Positions 1-11,400 of a stretch of DNA of 59,225 nt are shown one piece after another. The stretch's first letter is position 1. The number at the start of each line of letters is the position of its first letter. The notes below the pieces were generated by a model. It ran no database searches. It was not told the origin of the DNA and was given only the letters and a program-made list of their open reading frames with translations. The position numbers were made by a program, and so were the translations under genes. This DNA comes from Perkinsus olseni. Lineage: Eukaryota. Location of the stretch: positions 1-59,225 of the forward strand of contig JABANN010000157.1 of assembly GCA_013115125.1 (NCBI GenBank), written 5' to 3'.

Positions 1-665
1 TCGAGTGGTGACTCCTCTCGTTTCTGAGATAGCTCGGATGATTCCCAGCGGAAGTCCAAATTTTCATCTCGCCACTTAGTGTTGAATTTGGCGTCAAGCT
101 TGGCCACGATCTCATCTATATCATAGTTGGTCCTCAAGGCATGCTCTCTAACCTCAGAATGCAGAGCGCCCTTGACACACCGTAGCAGGTAGTGGACGGC
201 AGAGGCTCCCGTTAGGTTGTATAGCTTGATCTGGCCAAGAACTTGGAACTTGAAGTAACCATAGGGAATCTTCTGATTCGGACCACTCCATGAGCCACCA
301 ATGTCTGGTAGGGGAACTTGATGAGGATTAGTGAGTTGGTGGAGGTTGTTATCAGATGGGTTAGACTTGGTGGTCACAATGTCGGCCAGAACATCCTTCA
401 ACATCATGATGGAGTCAACCATGTCCACGTTGCTGGCCGACCTCTCTCCGTGCTTTGGGGCCTGGGGAATCTTCTTCTCTGGCTCTAGACGGAGTTGTTG
501 AAGTTGCTTTCTTAGCTTTTCCATCTCGTTCTTCATCTCGTCCATCTCTTCGTGAATAGCAGCACGGGTCAATATCCCGGTAGAATGACAGTGGGTACCC
601 TTCTTGGACTTAGGATCCACTGTGTGGTCACCCTCGTACTCGCTAACACTACTCTTCGGAGTCAT
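1..665 (-). mobile_element. 5' part of a gag-like ORF of an LTR retrotransposon (runs off the window start)
   Basis: Hand-translated intronless minus-strand frame from ATG 665: MTPKSVSEYEGDH...EEMDEMKNEMEKLRKQLQQL (coiled coil)...YFKFQVLGQIKLYNLTGASAVHYLLRCVKGALHSEV...IVAKLDAKF...LSQKREES. The end resembles the gag capsid 'L.Q...ES' region. It lies next to a TGT...ACA-bounded segment. Confidence 0.6.
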
Positions 666-689
666 ATAGCCGAGAGTTGAATTGGTCAC

Positions 690-825
690 TGTGATGGATG
701 GAATAAAGACTGAGAACAATCATATACAATTTATACAACGATATACTCATCATCATCATCGTCAGTGGTGCAGAGACGGTATCTTGAAACCGTCAGAGTC
801 TTGCAAGTTGCACGTAGTCATCACA
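690..825 (-). repeat. Candidate short LTR bounded by 7-bp inverted termini TGTGATG...CATCACA
   Basis: TGTGATG at 690-696 and CATCACA at 819-825, with an AT-rich interior, 24 bp upstream of the gag ATG. The partner LTR is not in the window. Confidence 0.45.
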
Positions 826-1040
826 CTGTGACATCGCAGCCTTCATGCCGTTGGGAACGCCCGTAGTAGCGGACCGATCGAGGAAAGTTTCCTAATCGTC
901 ACGCGTTGTGCTCTCAGACGTAACACCAGCCACTACCCCTACAACTCACTACTACTCTAATAAGCATTCTTAATAGAGTCGAACGCCTTTGCCGAGCAAT
1001 GGGTCCTCACCGGAGAAGACGGCGCGCCGATTTTGGGGCT

Positions 1041-1058
1041 ATCGATCACGTGATCGAT
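1041..1058. promoter_or_regulatory. Perfect 18-bp palindrome ATCGATCACGTGATCGAT (E-box core) upstream of RPS19
   Basis: Read directly from the sequence; about 75 bp before the RPS19 ATG. Function is inferred. Confidence 0.4.
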
Positions 1059-1133
1059 TTTGACGATTTTCTGTGCCGAGAGGCGGTCTGGCCCTCTAGA
1101 CGTTGTTGTGTACTTCTTCTAACCACCACCATC

Positions 1134-1853
1134 ATGTGTGAGCTCGTCGCCAAGTACGATGCTAAGACCGTCAAGGACGTTCCCGCTGATCTCTTCATCA
1201 AGGCCTTCGCCGCTCATCTGAAGGCTCAGGGCCAGATGGAGGTCCCCAAGGTACTACTAGTCAGCCTCTTCATCACGCTCATTAGTCACCCTCTTTTCCA
1301 CCTTATCATCCTCTATTCATGTCATTATTGCCTTTCTCAGTGGGCTGAGTACATCAAGACCGGTACTCAGCGTGAGCTCGCCCCCTATGATGATGACTAC
1401 CTCTACATCCGCGCCGCTGCCATCGCTCGCCGCATGTAATACCAACTTTTTAGATGCTCATCGTTGATAATTTATTTTCTCTCGTTTTTGTTCAGCTACA
1501 TCCGCCCCAATATCGGTGTCGGTGCTCTCCGTAAGATCTTCGGCATGAAGTCCAACTCCGGTGTCTGCCGTACCCACTTCACCCTTGGCGCTGGCAAGAT
1601 CAACAGGTAGTAAAAATGGGCAGGAATTTAATATTATCGATACCATAAATCCGCCAATTCTCGCAGGTTCTTGCTCCAGCAGTTGGAGAAGATGGGTTTC
1701 ATCGCCCAGAGCGACGCCATGAAGGGTGGCCGTATCATCACCTCCCTCGGTCGTCAGACTCTCGACACTGTCGCCGTGCAAGCTGCCAAGGCCGCCAAGC
1801 CCGCCGTTGAAGAGGAGGAGGCTCAGCCCGCTGAGGAGGAGGCTCAGGAGTAA
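1134..1853 (+). CDS. RPS19: 40S ribosomal protein S19 (eS19), 4 exons (1134-1250, 1341-1435, 1496-1606, 1667-1853)
   Basis: TVKDVPADLFIKAFAAHLK, WAEYIKTG..RELAPYD.D..YIRAAAIARRIY, LQQLEKMG, GGRIITSLGRQTLD; in-phase GT-AG introns. Confidence 0.96.
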
Positions 1854-2096
1854 ACAGCATCAACAATGATGAAGATGGAATAGCTCAGCATTGATGGTTA
1901 TACTGTCCGGTTTGAAGAGCAGCCTCACAACGATTACCAATCTTGCGTTTCATATTAACAGCTTTACCGAAGGGAGTGGGGGTTGGGTAGGAGGTGGTGG
2001 TGGGCTGATTAACACTACGAACACTAGAAGTAATAACTGGAGGAAATTCGCAGCAGCGGAAGTCGGTGTGGTTTTCATCATCAGCCGTTAACGTTA

Positions 2097-2585
2097 TTAA
2101 TGGAGTATCTGAGGGGCAGTGGAATGAGACGTGTTGTGATTGTTTTGGTATTACACTTTTCAGCTGGGCAGCAATGACTGTCGATTGATCGATTCTGGCG
2201 TCGATGTCCTCATCAACCTCACCAATAGACACCCTGAGAATTAAATATTCGCGTACCCATTATTATTGATACCACTCCTTCTACACATCGTCTCCTCTGA
2301 TGAGGTAAAGGCCATGGTGAAGAGTCTCCACCCCCTCTACCATCGAGTATACCCTCTCCTTGCACTCACTCAGTACTACATTCAACGACTGGTCGAACCT
2401 GAAAACAGCAACCCTCTTCGTTATCGTGATGATTATTATTACCCTTTGAACTTGCCCAGCAGCACCTTCCCGTCGGCTGTCACCAACAGGACCTCAGTGT
2501 TGAGCATGGGCTCTAGCATGGAGGAAGTGTTGGCCAGTGCCGTAGTTGGATGATGGTGATAGGCAGCAGCAGCGGCAGTGGACAT
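2097..2585 (-). CDS. LSM8: U6 snRNA-associated Sm-like protein LSm8, 4 exons
   Basis: Spliced product: ...LEPMLNTEVLLVTADGKVLLGKFKG|FDQSLNVVLSECKERVYSMVEGVETLHHGLYLIRGDDV|VSIGEVDEDIDARIDQSTVIAAQLKS|ILH*. Contains Sm1/Sm2 motifs and an LSm8-type tail. Confidence 0.9.
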
Positions 2586-2860
2586 TGAAAACGGCAACGA
2601 GGAGGAGAAGGAGACTGAGAGTCCGTACGATGATGAGGGCTGCTCGACCGTTTCAGTCCAAGAGAGTATCCTCCCCCCCAACGATTCAATCGTCATTGGC
2701 AGACATTACAACCACAAAGCTTATCGCCCATTATACGATGCTGTTGCAATCATCTGGGAGATGATCGTGATAATGGTCGACTTGCAAATCTTGCCCTTCC
2801 TAGCAGTTTCTTAACGCGAAAAAGTATTATCATTACGACCATCATCAAAAGTTTATCATC

Positions 2861-5128
2861 ATGACGATTCGTAAAGACAGTGAAGAGGAGGAGGGTCGTT
2901 TAACAGGAAGGTGATCATTACCGCAACAACCTCTAATATTGTTTTTTCGACAGGAGATTAACAGAAGACGTTTTGAAGGGCATCCTGGACTCAGACAAGA
3001 ACATGTAAAAAAGAATAATAGGGCTTGCTGCCTCTCCTCAATTTCACGAGCGCTCCCAGGGTTGATTTTAACGCGTAAAAGACGATCCTGGGAGTGTTCA
3101 GGAGAATCAGTCTTTCAAACGTCCGAAATGATCTTGGATATTGTTAATAATAATGATGACGACGACGAGGGAGTAGGTACTACCGGACGAGGGAGTTGAA
3201 CGATAAATTGTACATACACTACGGTGGGTATAGAAAACTGGAAAATCTGGACCAGTTTACAGGGCTGAAAGTCCTCTATGCCGAGTGCAATGGTAATAAT
3301 AACAGCGGAAAACAAGAAACATTTTTATTGAAGCAACGACAGGTTTTTCGAAGATTGAAGGACTGGAGTATTTGACAGCACTGCGGAGTCTGTAATAATA
3401 ACGTACCATTAATTCCCCTTCTGATGTTAACGGATGATGGCGACAGGTTCCTCGGCCAGAATTGCATAGAAAAGATTGAGAACCTTCAAAACAACTTGCA
3501 GTTGTGGACGCTGAGTTTGCCGGATAACTTCATCAAGAGAATAGAAAATATAAGTGAGAATGGATGATCACCAAGATGGCGACGATTGTCATTATTATCA
3601 GGTCATTTGAGAAAGCTGAATACCATTAATCTCGCTAATAATCAGATCGGAATGGGTGGTGTTGATGACATCGCGTCTTTGCTTCAACCTAGTACAACAG
3701 ACCAAAACGATGGACCGATCAATGCCACAGAAATAGAAGGTGGCGTGGCTGTCGTGGACCTGACTAACAACAAATTGGAAGATCCTGCTATTGTAAAATC
3801 ATCACCATCTTTAACTCGACGAGGTCTCTGTGTTGTTATCAGGTTGATGAAGTGCTGGTCAAAATGAAGGGGCTAAAAGTACTCTACCTCAAGGGCAACC
3901 CGGTGGTGAAGAAGATACCAAATTATAGGAAAACTCTCATCGCGAAGATGCCCAATTTGAAGTAGTAATCGTTCTCAGTATATTATACATTTTTCCGCCA
4001 TAAGAAGATCGTCCCCTCCTGTATCCTTGAAAGTAGTTTTCCGTTGTTTCGTGGATTTTTGTGGAGGGCGAGTAGCCTGCCCGATAGCCATATTGATAGT
4101 AGTGAAACAGAAAGAAGTAAAACAAGTGAAGTAAAAGCTTTATGCGAAAAGTACTTCACTATTGTACTTCTTGATACTGTTGGAACAGTATACTGATGAT
4201 AAGGAAGAAACCAATAGTCGCTACTTATCGTCAGTGGAAAAAGCTTGATACCAGTCACGTTCAGGTACCTCGACGACCGTCCCATTTTCGCTGACGAACG
4301 ACGCTTGGCGGAGGCGTTTTACTATCGCGGAGGCATCGAGACGGAGAGGGAAGAGAGGAAGTTGATTCGACAAGAAAAAGAAGAGGAGCGTCGAAGGAAT
4401 ATGAGAAATTTTGATTTGATGATCCGAAGGGCTCGGGAGGAGTTTAGAGAAGGCAGACTGATGCGCGGGAATGATGATAGATATCCTCAACCTGAAGATG
4501 ATCCAGTCGACACCATCGAGAGAAGAAGAGAAAGGTAGTAGTGATAGTAGTGATATCTCCTGAATGTGAATATAAGTCGCTCAGTCGCTCACTGACCGAC
4601 TGAGTGAGTGCTAGTCGTAGTAGTAGAAATGGTAGTGGTAGTGCTGCTAGCGATGATGGTATTGTTAACAGGTGGGCCCAGCGTAATAGAGAAATAATAG
4701 GGAGCAGTTCGACCGCAGAAGAAGACGGGATGGCGACACTTCAACAACCACAGCAAACCGATCGCAATGATAATAGGAGAGATGTGGATAACAATGATGA
4801 TGATGACGATGCTGATTCTACCCTGAGTACTTCCTGCAGCACAGCAGAGTCTCAGCTGAGGGGCGGGAACACCACCACCGCGACGAGGAGAGGGGAAGAA
4901 AGTAGCGATAATGACGGAGGGAATAGTGAAGTCTCCGCGGCGACAACTACTGCCATCGCCCGATCCAGCCAAGCCTTGTGGGGTGATAATATCTTCACCG
5001 ATGGTGAAGAGCGGAGGATCGACAACACGCCAGAGGTATCCAGTTCGACAGAGGTGCTGCCGGCTGTGGAGAGCAGCCAGGACGAGGATTATGATGATGA
5101 CGATGATTCATTGAACGGGATGGACTAG
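2861..5128 (+). CDS. DNAAF1: Leucine-rich-repeat dynein axonemal assembly factor 1 (LRRC50/ODA7-like), multi-exon, acidic C-terminal tail
   Basis: Exons encode ELNDKLYIHY, ENLDQFTGLKVLYAECN, FSKIEGLEYLTALRSL, FLGQNCIEKIENL, LKVLYLKGNPVVKKIPNYRK, YLDDRPIFADERRLAEAF..GGIETEREER. Confidence 0.88.
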
Positions 5129-5217
5129 TGAAAACATGATATCATGATCAGCGATCTCCTCGGTGTTTTGTTGTAAATTGGTGAAAAGTTGGTAGTGCGT
5201 TATTTCGCTGTTTTGCT

Positions 5218-5760
5218 ATGTCCGAGGGCAAAGAGGTTGTCAACAGTAACGAGAAGGAAGAGACGAAGCCACCGATGGTGATGGAAATGGACGAAAAAAA
5301 TATGACGCTGGAAGAGCTGATAAAAAAAGGTTGAAAACACCACGAAATTAACGATGGTAATTATTTTTTTGTGACAGCTGATAATTTTGTGAACATCGTG
5401 GAAGGAGAAGTGGAAAGTAATTATAAAAGGATCGTGTCGCTGAAGGAAGACTATCGACTATTAAAACTACAATCTGGTAAATCTGATGACGATAAGAAAA
5501 TTTTTCCGATCATGATTATCATCAGGACAGCTGACGAAGACCCAAACCCAGACCATAACAGCGATGCAACAGAAGTAGTAGAACTAGGAGAACGCAACGA
5601 CCCCCTCTTAAGTGTAATAGTGCAGCATCATTATTATCATCATCAACAGTCAGTATGTGAAGGGGTGTTGTGTATAGTGACGATGATGAAGGGCAACAAC
5701 ACCGACGACAGAAACATATCGGAAACTATCATCACGAAAAAACTAATAACGATCATCATC
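5218..5760 (+). CDS. Small hypothetical coiled-coil protein (spliced; 3' end uncertain)
   Basis: MSEGKEVV...MTLEELIKK|ADNFVNIVEGEVESNYKRIVSLKEDYRLLKLQS|GQLTKTQ... joined by in-phase GT-AG introns. No family recognised. Confidence 0.4.
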
Positions 5761-5761
5761 T

Positions 5762-8143
5762 CTATTGTTGATGACACTGAGCGGCATTACCATCATCACC
5801 CGGGCCTAACAACAACACTTCCTCATCATCCTCTCATTACCCCTGCTACTATTACCTCTACTTCCACGTTTGTAATTCGCTTCTCTCTCTTTCGCCCTTC
5901 TCTCCTCGTTTTTAATTCTCTTCTTCAACACTTCACTTTCAGTACCATTAAGCCGCTGTGCATAGAGGGTGTGCACTTTCATCGGCGGCCGCCGTTTTTC
6001 TCGCGGAGGGGCCTTCGGCTGCTCCTTCTTAGTTGTATCAGCGGCAGGAGCAGCAGCATCGCCATCATCAGCAGGCTTCGATTTTGTATTGAACCAATCC
6101 TTCACAGACTGGATGATACTTTTACTATTACCATCGGATGTTTTCTCCTCTTCACTTCCCTTAACTTTTTTCTCGTCATCCTGTTCTTCAGCCGGCAGCG
6201 TCTCCGCGATGGTATCTTTAATTTTGAGCCTGTCATTCTCGGGTATATCAGACAAAGCTTTCGGGAAGGATACATTGAAACGAACGTACCTGACGAGTTC
6301 CAACGATCATGAACCGCGAGAAAGAGCATCCAAAAGCCAGAGGACTCTTTCGCTTATGCCTCTATCAGTAATGGCAGCTTCCACCCGACAGGCAAAAATC
6401 ATCACGCTTGACCAAAAAGAAACAACCGAAAAATTTCTTTGCAGTTCAGAATCGACGCTCGAGTAGAGGGGAAAAGATTCTGAAAAGCGAATTTTTTGGT
6501 AACCGCGTCGATTAAGCTTCGAAAGAACTTCAATTTTACAATAAATTGGTATCTTCCATTTTGTCATACACCAGAATCGACCTGACGTATTTTCTAGTTC
6601 GAAGTTTTCCACCAACGAAAGTATCTTCCCTGTTATTACATGTCGCCATATTTGCCACTACTGGTGTTGTTGCTATTGTGCAGCATCGGCATGCCCATCC
6701 CCTTGATAACCCAGATGTCCCCCGGCCGCACCACTGCCGTCCTATCATTACCCTCCACTTGATAAGAGTTACCATCGAGATGCTTCAGAGGGAAAGTGAA
6801 GCCGCATAGGGCCTGCGCTAGGGTGATGGTCTGGTCTAATACCAAGTCCGCTGATAATCGACAAGTGAAGTGCGACGATGATGATGACGGGGAGGGTACG
6901 AGGGTTATCACAACGTCACCGGTTTGATGCTGGACCCTCTCAGACGCCATACCGGGATAGGTGATAGTGTGATAATCTTCAGTTCCCGGGGGTATGTCGA
7001 CGGTCAGAACGTCGCTCTCCTTCGTGTAACCTTTTCCGTGGCAAGCCTTGCAGACCGCATCTTTTGGTATCTTGTAACCTTCTCCCTTGCAGGCTGGACA
7101 GGGCGATTGCTGCTGGAATAAAGTGTAGCCCATCTGCCGAGTTTCCACCACTATGCCGCTGCCGTCACAGCGGGTACACGGGTCGAACCGGTGGGCGCCG
7201 AACCCGTCGCAGGAGGAGCACTTCTTGTCCCTCACATGCTTCACCTTCTGAGTGAAGCCCTTGTAAAGCTGCTCCAACGTGACCGGCATGGCGTAGGTGA
7301 CATCGGGAGTGCGGCGAAGGGCCTGCTCTTGACCGGCATACCGCGCCCTCCCCCCAGCAGCACCGCCGAACATCTGCGCGAACAAGTCAAAGGGGTCTTG
7401 GAAGCTGAGAAAGAGGCAGTTATTGAGTTTACGATGATGTGCCGATCGTACCCAGCTGCACCAGCGAAAGGGTTTCCACCCGGGCCGGCCCCGCCTGGGG
7501 TAGGGCCGCCACCATTGAGACCCTCCTCGCCGTACTGGTCGTAGATGCGACGCTTGTCGGGGTCGCTGAGAACTTCGTATCTGATGGGAGTGATGAAGAT
7601 GATGGGAAGAGATGGTAGTAACAGTACGCTTGGGAGATTTCCTTGAATTTGTCGGCATCGCCCTCGGGCCTATCGGGATGGTACCTAAAAGTAGCAAAAA
7701 TTTCGATTGTTTTGATGGTGATGGTGCTATTACTTGAAGGCCATCTTTTTGTAAGCCTTTTTGATATCGTTCTCGGAAGCGTCGCGTTTAAGTCCCAACA
7801 TCTTGTAATACTCATTATTGTCAACCTATTCCGTATCTTTCATGCTTCAACCTCCGTGAAAGTATCTTACGGTTTTCCGCCTGGTTTGATACATCCGTTT
7901 CTGGCCGCTGGTGCTCATGAAGAGGGGACGTGGTGGCCGTTTACTACACGATGACGTCGATACCCCCCTTCTCCCCTCAGCAGGCCTTGAAGGTGGACTA
8001 GGGGTCTTAGGAATTGCGGATGGAGTGGTATTGTTAGTAGGTATCCGAGCCGCGAGGGAGGTGAGGTAGCCTCGGGCGGTGGTGGACTCTATCGCACCGA
8101 TAAGATGCTGTTGCTGTTGACAGGCTGATGGTGGCAATGGCAT
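5762..8143 (-). CDS. Type I DnaJ/Hsp40 (DNAJA-like) with N-terminal extension and C-terminal CaaX motif
   Basis: J domain (YYKMLGL..DIKKAYKKMAFK|YHPD, YEVLSDPDKRRIYDQYGEEG), G/F region, four CxxCxGxG repeats, GDM|YVRFNVSFPK (the 5806-6303 ORF is a downstream exon), and a last mini-exon ...NAAQCHQQ* with stop at 5762. Confidence 0.92.
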
Positions 8144-8444
8144 GGCTATCAACAACAACAACAACAAGGGTGATGATGATGAATGCTGACGACGATAATG
8201 ATAATAGTTGAGAATGATAACTATAAGGAACTCTATTTAATATCACGGTAATTGTGGTCGTTTGAGCGAGTTCCTTTCTACTGTGATGCCGACCCTGGTT
8301 CGATCCCTCTACTTGTCATTTCTCTGTATTTTTTGTCATCGTTCTGCGCTCGCCTCGAGACTGATGAGACATCAAAAATGAAGTTCGAACTGTACCAAAC
8401 CCGTTACCATTTCCCTTTCTCTCAGCTTGTTGCTTCCCCATGTG

Positions 8445-11400
8445 ATGGTAGAATTCGGTCAGTATTTACTAGACCACCGCAAGCCCGAGTGGCGGGGCTA
8501 CTACATGAACTACAGTCGGCTGAAGGGCGTCTTGAAGGAGATGGAGAAAACTAACGTCAAGGATAATACTAGATTCATAGAAGAGTTGAAGTTGGATATC
8601 ATAAGGGTCGCTACTTTTTACTCAGTCCAAGAGACGATTATCATCGACAAGGTTGACGGCAAGGAAGGTGGCAAGGAGACCGTGAGAGACATGAAGGAGT
8701 TGGAAGAATACGCCAGAGTTAACGAAGAAGGGCTGAGGAAAATCGCGAAAAAATATGATAAACTGCTTCGCAAGGCTCAACATCAGGACGAGGGCGAGCA
8801 GGAGGCGACGGCGTCGCTGATGGATGATATACTTCTCGAGATGAAGGCATGTGACTTTCACAGTGCCCACAGTCGGTTGAAGGAGATTAGGCGAGTTTAT
8901 GGTATTGAACAGCCGGGTGATGATGATGACGATGATGACGGCGATGCTAAGATGGACTTGAACTCGGGTGGGAGGTCGAGGAGGGTGGGGAGGGGAGGAG
9001 GGGATGGCCAGCCCGCTGTGGGGAAGTTCTTATCAAGACACGCTTCGGTACGTGGCGAGCATGCAGAAAGTACGGATGGTGTGGTATGGGTGATCGCGCA
9101 GACGGCTGGTGAATTTGTGAAGCGCCAGTGGGTGAGTTGCGCATTTTATGGTATTACATTATTATTAGGGGCCCTCATGAACTACTACGAGATTGGGTAC
9201 CCAAGGCTGACTTATAAGTCGTACATTTCTATAGTGGTGACGGTCTTGGCGCTGTCGCTGCTGGTACGGCAGTACCCTCCCGACGCTGTCATGACGGCCG
9301 CCACCTTGATTTTATGCTTGACGGGGGTGCTCGACAACACCATCGCTTGGCAAGGATTCGCGAACGAAGTGGTATTGTCAGTGGCGATATTATTGATAGT
9401 CTCGGCGGCTGTGAAGAGAACGGGAGTGGTGGAGTATCTTTTCATTCAGGGCGGGATCCTTGGGAAGCCCAATTCCCTATCGAAGGCAATCCTGAGGTTA
9501 TTCGTACCCGCAATTATGTTGAATATCGGCGTATCAAACACGGCCGTCATGGGCGTGCTGCTACCAGTGGTCAAAAGATGGTGCGAGAAAGATATCCACA
9601 TCAATCAAGCCCTCTTGCTGATGCCCTTGTCGTACATCCTGTTGATTTCGGGTGTCTTCGCGGTTTTCTCAACTTCGAGCAACCTCATCACGCAAGGTTT
9701 ACTCATACAGAACGGCCTTCAACCTTTGGATATGTTCGCCATGGCCCCGATAGTTCTGCCGGCAATCATCGCAGCTATAATATACATCATCATCGCGGTC
9801 CCAATCGTCTTTAAGGAGTACGCTGAGGCATCCGACAAAATTGAGACCGGCCCAACTGCTGCTGGTGATCTCGAAGCTCCACTTTTGCCCACTACCAACA
9901 CAAGACTCACCAAAAAATTTGTGGTCTCGGCCCAGGTCACTGCCTTGGCATTGGACGGCGTTACTTTGGAAGATTCCGGAATAGAAGATATCGTCGAGAA
10001 GAGAGACGACATCGTTGAAGTTGAGAGGATGGGGTCTACTTTGAAGCCGACGCCCTCGCTCGAACTCCAGGCGTATGATATCTTTCATATTTACTCATCA
10101 CCGGAAGCTGTTGTAAGGCTTTACCATGACGGCAAGGTAAGCCTGATGGCTAGGGACACGGGCGAGCTGCTCCTGGGTGACCACAGCAGCAGTACCAAGT
10201 CGAAGCCCTCAGCTCATGGCGGGGTTGGGCTGTTCGAGGTGGTGTTGGACGGCCTGTCGCCGCTGGTTGGGAAGCGGATAGAACCGTACAAGGCGATGGA
10301 GTTGTACGGGGCGAGGATTGTTGGTATCAGACCGCAGAGCTTGCAAATTCTGCAGCAGAAGAACAAAAATCAGCAGGGACGAAGGAGGAGTCTCCTTCCC
10401 TTCGCCAAGCAGACTTTGGTCGTCCCTCCCCAGAAAGACTTTAACAGCGTCTCTTCGGGTGCGGGAGGGACAAGCGTGAGTGAAGCTGAGCCACAGGCGA
10501 TCGATATCAAGCTGAATCGGCGGTTGACGTTATTGCAGCGGTTGGGGACCAAGAAGATGGTGACTATCGAGGAGCCTCAGCATACCGAAGCTGCCTTGCC
10601 ACCAGGAGGGTTGAAGATGCCTTCAAAGGACGGCGCATCCTCTCCGCAGTTTACCAAGAAAAGAATGTCTTTGAATCAGCACGCGTTGCACAGAAAGAAA
10701 ACTGTTGCCTTTGGTGGTCAGCTGGGTGTCACCTCCAATGGCTTGGTGACGCCTTTGGGAGGCATCGTGTCTGCCGGCGGTGGAGCAGCCGCGGTCCCTA
10801 TGAACGAGCGCGACTCGGTTACACATCTACTTGAGGGCGAGATGAAGCAGAAGAGATGGCATCTGAAGGTTGGCGATGGTCTGATAGTCGAAGCCAATGA
10901 TGGGTTTGAGGAACAGTACGGCAGCAGCGGTCACTTTGCCGTTGTTAGACGTCTCATTACGGATGACGGTGCGTCTGTTATGGACCCAGAGGTGAAGAAA
11001 AAACGCCAAAACCGTATGTGGCTGAGCGGCGCTATCGTGCTGATGATGATACTCTTGGTCGCTACCAACACCCTCCCTCTCCTGCAAGCGTCGATGTCCG
11101 CGGTTTTCGCTCTCATCCTCACAGATTGCATACCCCTCACCAAGGCCCTGGCTGCCGTCAACCTTCGTACCGTTCTCACCATCGTCGGTGCCTTCGGACT
11201 GGGCCAGGCTATCTCCATCACCAACGTTGCCACTGTGCTAGCTCAAGGCCTTGTGAGTTTAATGCACCCCCTAGGAAGCATCGGGATGCTTTCGGCTATC
11301 TTCATCGCGACCTGCCTACTGGGCGTGGTCTTCCACGCAACCGCTGTGGTCATTCTACTTTTCCCAGTATGTGTTTCGGTTGCCAACGAGATGGCCATGC

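Noticed and set aside
1885-2096. Long C-terminal extension of LSm8 in the ORF track
   Set aside because: A short intron yields the canonical ending QLKS|ILH* at 2097.
5806-5830. Apparent unusual 'KCCC*' prenylation tail on the 5806-6303 ORF
   Set aside because: It is read-through into an intron. Splicing gives the normal DNAJA ending AAQCHQQ* at 5762.
8400-8425. Possible relict spliced leader (CCGTTACCATTT…) upstream of the SPX transporter
   Set aside because: The match to the perkinsid/dinoflagellate SL is short and mismatched, and is better explained as a polypyrimidine acceptor.
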